Assembly: GCA_050309775.1 (NCBI GenBank)
Contig: JBNRMV010000001.1
Location: 95,014-159,013, forward strand
Direction: 5' to 3'
Source of the DNA: Christensenellales bacterium
GTDB taxonomy: Bacteria > Bacillota > Clostridia > Christensenellales > DTU072
DNA: 64,000 bases
Shown: one piece after another, positions 22,540 to 31,935 of the stretch
Layout of the letters: each line of letters opens with the position of its first letter
Numbering within the stretch: the first letter of the stretch is position 1
The notes under the pieces: generated by a model
Database searches by the model: none
What the model was told of the DNA's origin: nothing
The model's input: only the letters and a program-made list of their open reading frames with translations
Program-made: the position numbers and the translations under genes

Positions 22540-23577
22540 TTATATGTACCTCGCTACAAAGTTCAGCCCCACCGTTTGGTCCAGTCCAAACATTATATTC
22601 ATGTTTTGTACGGCTTGACCGCTTGCGCCCTTTACCAAATTGTCAAGACAGGATACTACGATAAGACGGTTGAGCCGTTTGTCTTTTATGAACCCTATTT
22701 GAATATTGTTGCTGCCGGCAACATTTTTTATTTCGGGCAGCTTGTTTTCGGGCAGTATCTGCACAAAAGGCTGGTTTTTATAAAAGTCGTTATAAATTGC
22801 CGCAATATCGGCATCAAAATCTGTTAATTCGCAATAGATTGTCGACAAAATGCCGCGCTTTATGGGCAAAAGATGCGGTGAAAAACTCAAAGCAATATTC
22901 TGTCCGTATGCTTCGGAAAGCCTTTCCTCAATCTCTGAAGTGTGGCGATGGTTTGTAAGAGAATATGCCTTGAAGTTTTCGGCGGATTCGGTCATTATGT
23001 AATCTATGGCCGCTTTTCTCCCTGCGCCGCTAATGCCGCTTTTTGCGTCAATAATGATATTGTTGCCGCTTATTGCCTCTTTTTGCAACAAGGGATAAAG
23101 CGCCATAATTGAGCAGGTGGTGTAGCAGCCGGGGTTTGCCACCAAGGCTGCTTTCTTGATATCATCTTTGTAAATTTCGCAAAGTCCATATACGCAGTAC
23201 GCAGCAAGGTCGGGTCGGGGGTGCGCTATTTTGTATACCGCATTGTATTTTTGTATGTCCTTGTATCGAAAATCTGCGCTCAAATCAACAACCTTGATGC
23301 CTGCGTCAAAAAACTTGCCTGCCATAACTGCGCTTTCACCGTGAGGCAACGCCAAAAAGACAATGTCGCTGCCCTTTGCTATTTCTTCAAAACTGTCATT
23401 TGAAAAACATTTGTCTACCTTGCCCAGCAACGAGGGATAAAGCTCCGATATCGGTCTGCCGTCATTTGAACGGGAGATAAGTTTGTTCAGCGTGACATTC
23501 GGGTGGTTTGCCAGAATGTTCATAAGCTCAAGACCCGTATAGCCGTTTGCTCCGACTATGCTTGCATTTATATTCAT
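22540..23577 (-). CDS. argC: N-acetyl-gamma-glutamyl-phosphate reductase
   Basis: ASIVGANGYTGLEL, the catalytic region ANPGCYTT and GASGQAVQNMN; 345 aa. Confidence 0.93.
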   Translation of the reverse strand: MNINASIVGANGYTGLELMNILANHPNVTLNKLISRSNDGRPISELYPSLLGKVDKCFSNDSFEEIAKGSDIVFLALPHGESAVMAGKFFDAGIKVVDLSADFRYKDIQKYNAVYKIAHPRPDLAAYCVYGLCEIYKDDIKKAALVANPGCYTTCSIMALYPLLQKEAISGNNIIIDAKSGISGAGRKAAIDYIMTESAENFKAYSLTNHRHTSEIEERLSEAYGQNIALSFSPHLLPIKRGILSTIYCELTDFDADIAAIYNDFYKNQPFVQILPENKLPEIKNVAGSNNIQIGFIKDKRLNRLIVVSCLDNLVKGASGQAVQNMNIMFGLDQTVGLNFVARYI

Positions 23578-23600
23578 TATTCACCTCTTATATCTATCAA

Positions 23601-23641
23601 TTATACAAAAAATGCAAATTATATGCAAGTATTTTGCATAT
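23601..23641 (-). promoter_or_regulatory. argCB promoter overlapped by a 7-5-7 inverted repeat (candidate ArgR operator)
   Basis: On the minus strand: TTGCAT, a 17-nt spacer, then TATAAT. The palindrome TATGCAA-n5-TTGCATA (23623-23641) covers the -35, and there is a further ATTTGCAT copy in the spacer. Confidence 0.5.
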
Positions 23642-23652
23642 AAATACAAACA

Positions 23653-24243
23653 TCATCGCAGCGAAAAGATACAGCCGCAGTAGGATTGACGATAGAGATT
23701 GAATTGTCGGCTGAGTTCTATGCTGCGCAAATAACCGCCGCCCTTTTTGAAATCTGAAAACAAGAATGCAATGTCATAAATTTTTGAAAGCTCGCTGCCT
23801 ATTTGGTTGATGAGCTGCGCATTCTTTAGCGGACTGACGGAAAGCGTCGTAGTAAAGAAATCAAAGCCGTTTGCGGCGGCATACTGAGCGGCTTTTTCCA
23901 TGCGCATTCTTATACATATATTGCAACGCTCTCCGCCCTCAGGCGCACTTTCCAAACCTTTTGTGTTTTTTGCAAAATCATCAGGGCTGTAATCTTCTTC
24001 AATTATATTTATGCCGCCCATTTCGGCAATCAGCCGTTTTTGTTCGGCAAGCCTTTTGTAATACTCCTCTGTCGTGTCAATGTTCGGATTGTAATAATAT
24101 ACGGTGATTTCAAAATGCTTTTTGAGCAACTCCAGACAAGAACTGCTACAAGGAGCACAACAGCTGTGCAGCAGCAATTTCGGACGGAAAGTCAGCCCAT
24201 CGAAAATTTTATTCATTTCCTTTTGATAATTGATTTTTATCAT
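23653..24243 (-). CDS. queH: Epoxyqueuosine reductase QueH (DUF208)
   Basis: LLLHSCCAPCSS, ERCNICIRMR and YCGCIFS cysteine motifs; 196 aa. Confidence 0.85.
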   Translation of the reverse strand: MIKINYQKEMNKIFDGLTFRPKLLLHSCCAPCSSSCLELLKKHFEITVYYYNPNIDTTEEYYKRLAEQKRLIAEMGGINIIEEDYSPDDFAKNTKGLESAPEGGERCNICIRMRMEKAAQYAAANGFDFFTTTLSVSPLKNAQLINQIGSELSKIYDIAFLFSDFKKGGGYLRSIELSRQFNLYRQSYCGCIFSLR

Positions 24244-24355
24244 ATAGTAAGTATAACATAAAATTCATTAAAGCAAGGTTTTTCTTGATAGAATCCTTTA
24301 ATTGTGTTTTTATCTTAAATGGTATATAATAATATAAGTATAGAAAGAGAGTAGA

Positions 24356-24766
24356 ATGAATAAAAAGAAAATAATAACAATTATTTGCCTGTTGCTTGTG
24401 GCAATTCTTTTGGTGTCATGTACTTATGGCAGCTATGTCACCAAGCGCGCATATAAGCAGTTTTCTTCACAAAGAATGTATATGCGGTATGAGAGTTTTT
24501 CCGGTCACCTGTCCAGAAAAGTACGTATTCCGGCAGGTGAAATGTTTGTGATAACTATCACTACACAGACCAACTCAGGCAGTCTTACCGTGCAAGTGCT
24601 TGACGAAAACGACGCTGTTTTGGTATCCCAGGATACAAAAACAACCGATAAAGCCGCATATGATATTCCTGCAAGACAAGACAAAGCAGTGTATAAAATT
24701 AAGGTAGAGGGCAAGCACGGAGGAAGTTTTGATATAATCTGGGCAACGGAAAAAATGCAGCAATAA
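24356..24766 (+). CDS. Small lipoprotein, function unknown
   Basis: Signal peptide with the lipobox LLVSC near residue 21. No recognisable catalytic motif. Confidence 0.6.
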   Translation: MNKKKIITIICLLLVAILLVSCTYGSYVTKRAYKQFSSQRMYMRYESFSGHLSRKVRIPAGEMFVITITTQTNSGSLTVQVLDENDAVLVSQDTKTTDKAAYDIPARQDKAVYKIKVEGKHGGSFDIIWATEKMQQ

Positions 24767-24805
24767 ATAAAATTGACAACAAGAAATGATATCTTAAGGG
24801 GTAAT

Positions 24806-25684
24806 ATGAATTTAAGTTATAAAGCAAAATTTGAAGATATGGAAAAGAGGGGCTGTCCTGTGGTGGCTCTGTGCTATGATTTTGACAAAACGCTGTCACC
24901 CAGAGATATGCAGGAATACGGCTTTATTGAGCGGCTGGGAATGACGCCGGACGAATTCTGGAGTTTGTCAAACAATCTGGTTGAGAATCGGGGCATGGAT
25001 ATGATTATGGCATATATGCATACGATGATTTTTGAGGCAAAAAAGCGCAATATTGACATAACCATGCAAGATATGCGCGATTTAGGCAAAAAAATAACAT
25101 TGTTTAAGGGCGTTGAGGATTGGTTTGACCGCATAAACGACTTTGGCGTAAAGAACGGAGTAATTACCGAACATTATATAATATCTTCGGGATTGGAGGA
25201 AATAATAGGCGGTATATCCATTGCCAACGAGTTCAAGAGGATATACGCGTCCAGCTTTTTTTACGATGAGTCGGGCAAGGCGATTTGGCCGAGAAAAGCC
25301 GTGAATTCCACCTCAAAAACACAATATTTGTTCAGAATAAACAAGAGTACCGACGATGTAAATGTGTATATGCCGGACGAGTTGAGGCGTGTGCCTTTTA
25401 CTCACTTCATATATATAGGCGACAGCATGACGGACATTCCTTGCATGCGTCTCATAAAGTCTTATGGAGGCAATTCCGTCGGGGTCTTTAATCCCGAAGA
25501 CGAAGACGCCAACAAGCTGGTAAAAAGGCTGTTGCTTGAGGGACGCATAAACTATTATGCTCCGACGGATTATACAAAGGGTAGCAGCATAGAGGATATT
25601 ATTCACAAAATTATTTTAGACATAAAAACAAGGCATGATTTGTTGAGAATAACCCGCAACCAAAAGGCTGACACGACAAACTGA
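24806..25684 (+). CDS. HAD-superfamily hydrolase-like protein
   Basis: DxDxT-type motif YDFDKTL and late motif IGDSMTDIP. I place the start at ATG 24806, behind an AAGGGG RBS, rather than at the TTG at 24773. Confidence 0.65.
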   Translation: MNLSYKAKFEDMEKRGCPVVALCYDFDKTLSPRDMQEYGFIERLGMTPDEFWSLSNNLVENRGMDMIMAYMHTMIFEAKKRNIDITMQDMRDLGKKITLFKGVEDWFDRINDFGVKNGVITEHYIISSGLEEIIGGISIANEFKRIYASSFFYDESGKAIWPRKAVNSTSKTQYLFRINKSTDDVNVYMPDELRRVPFTHFIYIGDSMTDIPCMRLIKSYGGNSVGVFNPEDEDANKLVKRLLLEGRINYYAPTDYTKGSSIEDIIHKIILDIKTRHDLLRITRNQKADTTN

Positions 25685-25741
25685 CAGTTTTGTCAAAATT
25701 TCGTAAAAATTAGACAAAGATTCTGGCAAGTATAAACATTG

Positions 25742-25770
25742 TTGACAGTAAAACTGCGCAATGTTATAAT
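25742..25770 (+). promoter_or_regulatory. Consensus promoter of the ABC-exporter operon
   Basis: TTGACA (25742-25747), a 17-nt spacer, then TATAAT (25765-25770). Confidence 0.6.
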
Positions 25771-25820
25771 GGTTTATATAATAATAAGGAAACGGGGGGC
25801 TTTGACCCACAAGGATATAA

Positions 25821-26588
25821 ATGCTTGAAATAAATAATTTACATAAAAAGTATCTGCGTAGTGACAGATATGCTGTTGAAGATTTAAGTTTAAGTTTGAA
25901 AGAAGGGGAGGTGTTCGGCTTTCTTGGCATGAACGGAGCCGGAAAGTCCACCACAATAAAATGCCTGACAGGTATTTATCCTTTCAATAGCGGCAAAATA
26001 AAAATTTGCGGTCATGACATCGCAAAAGACCCCATAAACGCAAAGCTGAATATGGGCTATGTTCCGGACAACCATTCCGTATACGAGAAGTTTACGGGCA
26101 GAGAGTATGTCAATTACATAGCGGACCTTTACAGAGTTGACAAAGCTCAAAGAGAGGAGCAGCTCAATAAGTTCGCAAAACTCTTTCGCCTAACCCATGC
26201 TCTTGACAGCCAAATCAAGTCATATTCGCATGGCATGAAACAAAAAATTTGCATAATAGCCGCCTTGATACACTCACCAAAACTTTGGGTGCTGGACGAG
26301 CCTATGATGGGACTTGACCCGCAATCAATGGTTGAGATTATCAAATATATGAGGATACACTGCGAAAAAGGCAATACGGTTTTTTTCTCCTCGCACAATC
26401 TTGACCTAGTCGCCAAGCTGTGTGACAGGGCAGCCATTATAAATGCAGGCAAACTGCATTGCATAATAGACCTCCACGAACCGGGCAACAAAGAAGCGCT
26501 GGAAGAAAACTTTTTGCGCATAACCGGCTATGGGGAAGACGAAGGGGGAGATTCGGAAGCCATTGCAACCGCAAGGGAGGGTGACTGA
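25821..26588 (+). CDS. ABC transporter ATP-binding protein
   Basis: Walker A GMNGAGKST, signature YSHGMKQK and Walker B LWVLDEP. Confidence 0.9.
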   Translation: MLEINNLHKKYLRSDRYAVEDLSLSLKEGEVFGFLGMNGAGKSTTIKCLTGIYPFNSGKIKICGHDIAKDPINAKLNMGYVPDNHSVYEKFTGREYVNYIADLYRVDKAQREEQLNKFAKLFRLTHALDSQIKSYSHGMKQKICIIAALIHSPKLWVLDEPMMGLDPQSMVEIIKYMRIHCEKGNTVFFSSHNLDLVAKLCDRAAIINAGKLHCIIDLHEPGNKEALEENFLRITGYGEDEGGDSEAIATAREGD

Positions 26589-26590
26589 CG

Positions 26591-28282
26591 ATGCATAATG
26601 TACTGACCCTCATCAAAATGGAATTCATAAACCGTTTTGGCAAGGTTGACATAAAAGACACAAAAGCCATTGCCAAGGGCGTTTTTTCCTTAATCTTTTC
26701 TATTGCGCTGTTTGCCTTTGTTTACTGGGCAGCCAATGTGCTTTTCAGCATGTTCGACAAAGCAGGGCTGGCATATGAAGTGCTGGTGCTTTTTTTTACC
26801 GTTGTCTTTGTTTTTTTGCTGTTCACAAACATAAGTTCCACCATCAAAGTGCTTTATTATAAAGGTGACAACGAAATACTCATGCGTTTTCCCGTTGCCG
26901 GCTGGGAAGTGTTCTGGGCAAAGACAATTTATTTGCTGATTTCCCAACTGGTCATTACTTCGCTGATACTCATACCTTTTCTTGTTGCTTACGGCAATGT
27001 TGTGTCTGCCGGCGGCATGTTTTTCGGCGCCATACCCTTTGTCATGATTTTCATGGTGCTGATACCTTTCTTTCTCTCAAACATACTTGCCATACCTTTT
27101 ATGCACATCAGCAATTCAATCAGGTACAAGTTCGGCACAATAATAATTGCTCTTGCAGTGTTTATGACGGCAATATTTTTTATTTACACGCTGCTTTTTG
27201 AAAAAGCCGTAATATATTTGCGTGACGAGCAGACTTTTTCGGTTTTTGACGACAACACCGTCATGCTTATCAGCAACATGATAAAATATTTTATACCGAC
27301 AAAATATTTTGCCGGCATGATGACGGGTGAATTTGAGGTAACGAGAATAATAAACAGAGAAACCATTGTGGCTACGGTGGGCGACAACAGAGCGCTTAGT
27401 TTCTCGGCTATCATAATTTTGTTTGAACTGGCAACAATCGGGTCATTCTTAGTGATAAAATTCCTTTATCAAAAGACTTTGCTTTTAAACATAGAAATAG
27501 AGGGTTGCGCATTTACCAAAGTGACCAAAAACAAAGTCTTGCCGATTTTCCGAACGCTGTTCCGAAAAGAGTTTATACAAGTGTTCCGTTCGGTTAATTA
27601 TTCATTTCAATATTTTGTATTGGCATGTTCCATGCCGGTTATGGTATTTTTCTGCAATCGCATAGCCATCAGCATAGGGCTGAACGACATCGGCAACAAA
27701 ATAGTGCCGGGGCTGACCTTGCTTATTATGCTGATTTTTAATACCGTAATCATTTCGTTCTCTGCTTCATCCATAACAAGGGAGGGCGCAAACTTCTACC
27801 ACACAAAGGTTATGCCCGTTTCCATTAAGACGCAGCTTGCGGTGAAGTTCGTCATGTATTTTTTGGTGTCTTTCATAGCCAATACGGTGACAATCGCCAT
27901 AATCATTTTCTCCAAACAAATGGTTGTTGACGGCTCCGGCATGGACTACATAAAGCCTCTTGCTATTTATGCGGTGTCATTGTTGCTTTCCGTAGGGCTG
28001 ACGCTCTATTCTATGAAAATAGACATAATCCGTCCGAGATTTAATCTTGGCGGCGACGGCGAATTGGTCAGCAACAACATTAACACTACGCACTCGGTCA
28101 TTGTCGGGTTGATTATTGCATTGGTTTTCGGAGTGACGGGCATGCTTATGCCTTATGTTTTCGGTGACCTAGGATTAAGAATAATGTTCTATGTCCTGCT
28201 TTGCGGCGCTGCGCTGTTTTTTGTATTTTCATTGCTGTTTTATTTCATAAAACTAAAAGCCGCATATAATAAGATTGTGTAG
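26591..28282 (+). CDS. Polytopic membrane protein, putative ABC-exporter permease
   Basis: 563 aa and almost entirely hydrophobic helices. It starts 2 nt after the ATPase stop. Confidence 0.7.
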   Translation: MHNVLTLIKMEFINRFGKVDIKDTKAIAKGVFSLIFSIALFAFVYWAANVLFSMFDKAGLAYEVLVLFFTVVFVFLLFTNISSTIKVLYYKGDNEILMRFPVAGWEVFWAKTIYLLISQLVITSLILIPFLVAYGNVVSAGGMFFGAIPFVMIFMVLIPFFLSNILAIPFMHISNSIRYKFGTIIIALAVFMTAIFFIYTLLFEKAVIYLRDEQTFSVFDDNTVMLISNMIKYFIPTKYFAGMMTGEFEVTRIINRETIVATVGDNRALSFSAIIILFELATIGSFLVIKFLYQKTLLLNIEIEGCAFTKVTKNKVLPIFRTLFRKEFIQVFRSVNYSFQYFVLACSMPVMVFFCNRIAISIGLNDIGNKIVPGLTLLIMLIFNTVIISFSASSITREGANFYHTKVMPVSIKTQLAVKFVMYFLVSFIANTVTIAIIIFSKQMVVDGSGMDYIKPLAIYAVSLLLSVGLTLYSMKIDIIRPRFNLGGDGELVSNNINTTHSVIVGLIIALVFGVTGMLMPYVFGDLGLRIMFYVLLCGAALFFVFSLLFYFIKLKAAYNKIV

Positions 28283-28291
28283 AGGGAGCAT

Positions 28292-30895
28292 ATGAAAAAA
28301 TTTTTGATTGCTTTGATATTCCTCATTCCCGTAATAGTTGTTGTTGCAATTCAGGGCACGGGCGCCGTAATAGAAGCGTGGGCGCCTGCGGTTAACGCTG
28401 AAAATATTGAAATCAGAGACAGCTTCAACGACTATATAGGCGGCGGCAGAATTATCATTCCGCGCTACTTCAATGACGGCAGCGACGGCAGCGAATATAT
28501 TTATATAAATGTCTATCCCAGCGTGGCTTATTCTGACGAAATCGATTATGTAGTTTCGGCGGAGGAGGGCTATGACGGCGAATGCCAACTGGTGCATGTC
28601 AGCAAGACAAAGTACAAATTGATAGCCAAAAAAAGCGGCAGCGTGCTGATGAAGATATTTTCCGTAACCAACAACAATGCATACAAGATGCTGAATGTGT
28701 ATATCACTTCGGAGTTGGTTACCGAAATAAACATCTTTGCCGATGACGGAGAAAGCGTCGAAAGAGTAATTGAGGACGACACCATAGATTTGACAGAGCA
28801 GATGCGGCTTTATGCTTATGCTTATCCTGCCGAAGCTATCGGACAAAACTTTACCGTTTGGGAGAGCGCCGACCCGACAATTGCCACAGTTGACGAAAAC
28901 GGCGTTGTCACAGCCACAGGAAAAGGCCGAACAAAAATAACTTGCTGGCTAAAAGACAAGACCGGCACAGAGCATTTTTCATTTATTCATGTCAATGTAG
29001 AAGAGGATATCATACTCAAACAGCATCAATTGTATTTGGAAAAGGCTTTTTTCAGTTCGCTTGACGAACATGAACAGAAGGAATTTATTTTGAAGAATGT
29101 CGTCAACAATTATGACAAATATGACGACTTGCCGCCGCTGACAACCAACGACATAGTACGCACCTTTGCCGACGATGATTTTATGAATTTTGAAGTTGAC
29201 GGCATACCGCTGAGAATAGATTTGCTGGACGATTATGACGCCATAATGCTGAAAAGCGGTTATTTGAGTGAGATTTATATAGAAAACGGCGGATATACTT
29301 TAATACCGCGATACAAAGATTTCCGCAGAAAGGACATTCCCAAAGTAAACTATGTTGTTTCAGACCCATCGATATTGAGCGTTGAAAACGGGAGGATTAT
29401 TGCCAAGAAAGAAGGCGTATGCTCCGTATATGCCGAACAAGAAGGACGGCGCACGGACGCGGTTAATCTTACGGTAAGGACCAGAGTTATTTCCTTCCAG
29501 CTGAATTTGTCAAACTTTGACAATAACAGGGGCATAAAACAAGAAAGAGTGTGGGGTCAGCATTTCCTTGAAGATGGAAAGTTGACGAATACTTTTGATT
29601 TGGGGTATGACGCAGCGTCGGTACACCCGGCGGCAAAAGATTTTGAATTGCTATGGGAAGTTGACAACCAGTTTGCCGAAATAGACCAAAAAGGCAAGAT
29701 TACATTCCTTGACGGCTGCGCAAACCAAACCATAAATGTCACGGCTACGGCGATGGTGCATGGCATAAGAACGGCATTGAATAGACGGTATACTTTCCTT
29801 ATGGCAGATGAAGGCACCATAAATATCGACAGTATCGAGGAGATGGAGCAGGCGTACAGCGAGGCAATGGGGAAAAGACCGGTTGCTTTGCAAAACGATA
29901 TCCTTGTAGCCGACGGACGGGAAACCAAAGTCAACAACAACCTTTATGGCAACGGTTATATGTTTGATGTTCAGTATGGCGGAGAATCCATATACTCCTA
30001 CGCATTGTGGGTGCGTGACGGCGACTTCAACGCAGACAGTCAGTATTATATCCTTGAGAATTTCACAGTGCAGTGCGCGCCAAGTTTTGAAGAGGGGTTG
30101 CGCAGAGGCAACGGCATTTGCCTGGAGAACATGAAAATTGACGGCACCGTAAGATATGTCATATCAAGGTATTCTTGGAATTCAATGCATGTAATATGCA
30201 ATAAAGGCGTGCTAAAAGTCGAAGGTTGCATTCTCGGCACCGCAGGCTTTGCCGCCATATATTTTACGGACGATTATCTTGAGTCTGAAGACGAAAAAGG
30301 CACCATGATAATAAAGAATACCGTCATGCGCGAAACAAAGTGCGCGTCGCTGGTGACTACACCGCGCGATTTTCAGATGGACAACAAAAAGAACTATGTA
30401 GCCAATGTTGTTTTTGAAGGCTTTTTAGACAGTTACAACTGGAGAAAGGTTGAGGAATTGCAAGGCATATTTGACGCCATAGACAGCAGTATGTTGGGAC
30501 CGCTGGAAGCTGCAAGAGACTTTCTCAGTAGATTGCTGGGCAGTTTGCTGGAAGCATACTTCTCCAAAGAACCCTACAAGAGCGCTGTTTATACCGACAG
30601 CAGCGGACAAAGATGGGTGTCTATGAATATGTTTGCGTTGGGCTTGTGCCAAACGGTTGACCCGAATTCGTTTGATTTCACCAAGAATTCAGAATTTTAT
30701 TTGGTGCCCGTAAAACTTAACAGCAGCGAAGCATGGTTAATCAAAGGTATTCTTAAGAAAGATATGGATTTGCCATGTTATCTGCTCTCTTATAAGTTTG
30801 ACGAAACAAGAGGTCCGGTAATTAAACCGCAAGACAATTGCCCCGAAAATGAAGAACTGTTCGACAGGCTTCATCCGGTGCCGGAAGAACAATAA
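28292..30895 (+). CDS. Large membrane-anchored extracellular protein with a Big_2-like Ig domain
   Basis: N-terminal TM/signal anchor. Big_2-type segment TVWESADPTIATVDENGVVTATGKGRTKITC. The C-terminal half has repetitive beta-rich segments of possible beta-helix type. Confidence 0.65.
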   Translation: MKKFLIALIFLIPVIVVVAIQGTGAVIEAWAPAVNAENIEIRDSFNDYIGGGRIIIPRYFNDGSDGSEYIYINVYPSVAYSDEIDYVVSAEEGYDGECQLVHVSKTKYKLIAKKSGSVLMKIFSVTNNNAYKMLNVYITSELVTEINIFADDGESVERVIEDDTIDLTEQMRLYAYAYPAEAIGQNFTVWESADPTIATVDENGVVTATGKGRTKITCWLKDKTGTEHFSFIHVNVEEDIILKQHQLYLEKAFFSSLDEHEQKEFILKNVVNNYDKYDDLPPLTTNDIVRTFADDDFMNFEVDGIPLRIDLLDDYDAIMLKSGYLSEIYIENGGYTLIPRYKDFRRKDIPKVNYVVSDPSILSVENGRIIAKKEGVCSVYAEQEGRRTDAVNLTVRTRVISFQLNLSNFDNNRGIKQERVWGQHFLEDGKLTNTFDLGYDAASVHPAAKDFELLWEVDNQFAEIDQKGKITFLDGCANQTINVTATAMVHGIRTALNRRYTFLMADEGTINIDSIEEMEQAYSEAMGKRPVALQNDILVADGRETKVNNNLYGNGYMFDVQYGGESIYSYALWVRDGDFNADSQYYILENFTVQCAPSFEEGLRRGNGICLENMKIDGTVRYVISRYSWNSMHVICNKGVLKVEGCILGTAGFAAIYFTDDYLESEDEKGTMIIKNTVMRETKCASLVTTPRDFQMDNKKNYVANVVFEGFLDSYNWRKVEELQGIFDAIDSSMLGPLEAARDFLSRLLGSLLEAYFSKEPYKSAVYTDSSGQRWVSMNMFALGLCQTVDPNSFDFTKNSEFYLVPVKLNSSEAWLIKGILKKDMDLPCYLLSYKFDETRGPVIKPQDNCPENEELFDRLHPVPEEQ

Positions 30896-30957
30896 CCAAC
30901 ACAACCAACAAAACAACCAACCACAACCAACAAAATTGAAAATTAGGGAGGCATATT

Positions 30958-31935
30958 ATGGCAGCAAGAAAAAGCTGTTGCGCAGGCGGCTGTCTGCTGA
31001 AAGCAATTATCTCAATAGTAATTATTTTGGCTTTGATAGCAGGCGCCATTATTTGGGCAATAAATCAAACACCGGAAAAGTTTGGATTTGCGGATTACGA
31101 AATCGAGGGAATGAGTCTTCGACAATTGGGACTTGCAAACACCAAAATCAAGGACATTATAGGCATTGTAAGAAAGCTATTTAAGCCCGACGAAAAGGCC
31201 ATACTTAACAATGTTTTTGACCCCGTAAAGGACAAGGCGGGCGCTGACAGCAAAGCCGACCAAATGGGGCTTCCGCAGGGGGAAGGGGGACAATATGACT
31301 ATTTGGCGTTGGTGGGTGACACGCCGATTGCAACGGATAACCCCGAATTGTTGTCTTTCAAGGATACAGAAATAGCTTTTATATTGAACAGCATCGTAAT
31401 GCAAGCGTCAGAACAGTCAGAGGGCGAGGAGGAGGCTCAGGTGGTCAGGGATTTGAACGCATCCATAGCCCAAGTTACGATAACAAAGGGCACGGACATC
31501 ACTCTGGAAATATTGCTGAAAATTGACATATCTTCCATAAGAAATGAACTGCCGTCCATTGTTCAGAACAGCTTTCCCAGCGTCGTGTACCTGAACAGCA
31601 TAAACAAGATGACTATTGGTCAGACGGCTCCGAATGAGGGCATTATTTCGACACAGTCTTCGGGCATAGTCATAAACGGCATGGACGGCGCCACTACCGC
31701 CATTGTCATAAATGCGCTTGCAGGCAAAATTGCCGAGGCGTCCGAATCCGAAGACCCAGTCAAATACTTCAACGATACTTTCGGCGCTTTCTTCCAGAAA
31801 GTTGTCAACAACATGGGGCTTGTCGGAGATGCCGAACTTGACGAGAATGAAGCTGTCATACCCGCAACCATACAATACGGCGCAAACGGCATAGTAAACC
31901 ATGGCATAAAAGTTATCACCAGGGAGCAGGCGTGA
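30958..31935 (+). CDS. Membrane-anchored hypothetical protein
   Basis: One N-terminal TM helix (LLKAIISIVIILALIAGAIIW) followed by a soluble acidic domain. RBS is GGGAGG. Confidence 0.55.
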   Translation: MAARKSCCAGGCLLKAIISIVIILALIAGAIIWAINQTPEKFGFADYEIEGMSLRQLGLANTKIKDIIGIVRKLFKPDEKAILNNVFDPVKDKAGADSKADQMGLPQGEGGQYDYLALVGDTPIATDNPELLSFKDTEIAFILNSIVMQASEQSEGEEEAQVVRDLNASIAQVTITKGTDITLEILLKIDISSIRNELPSIVQNSFPSVVYLNSINKMTIGQTAPNEGIISTQSSGIVINGMDGATTAIVINALAGKIAEASESEDPVKYFNDTFGAFFQKVVNNMGLVGDAELDENEAVIPATIQYGANGIVNHGIKVITREQA

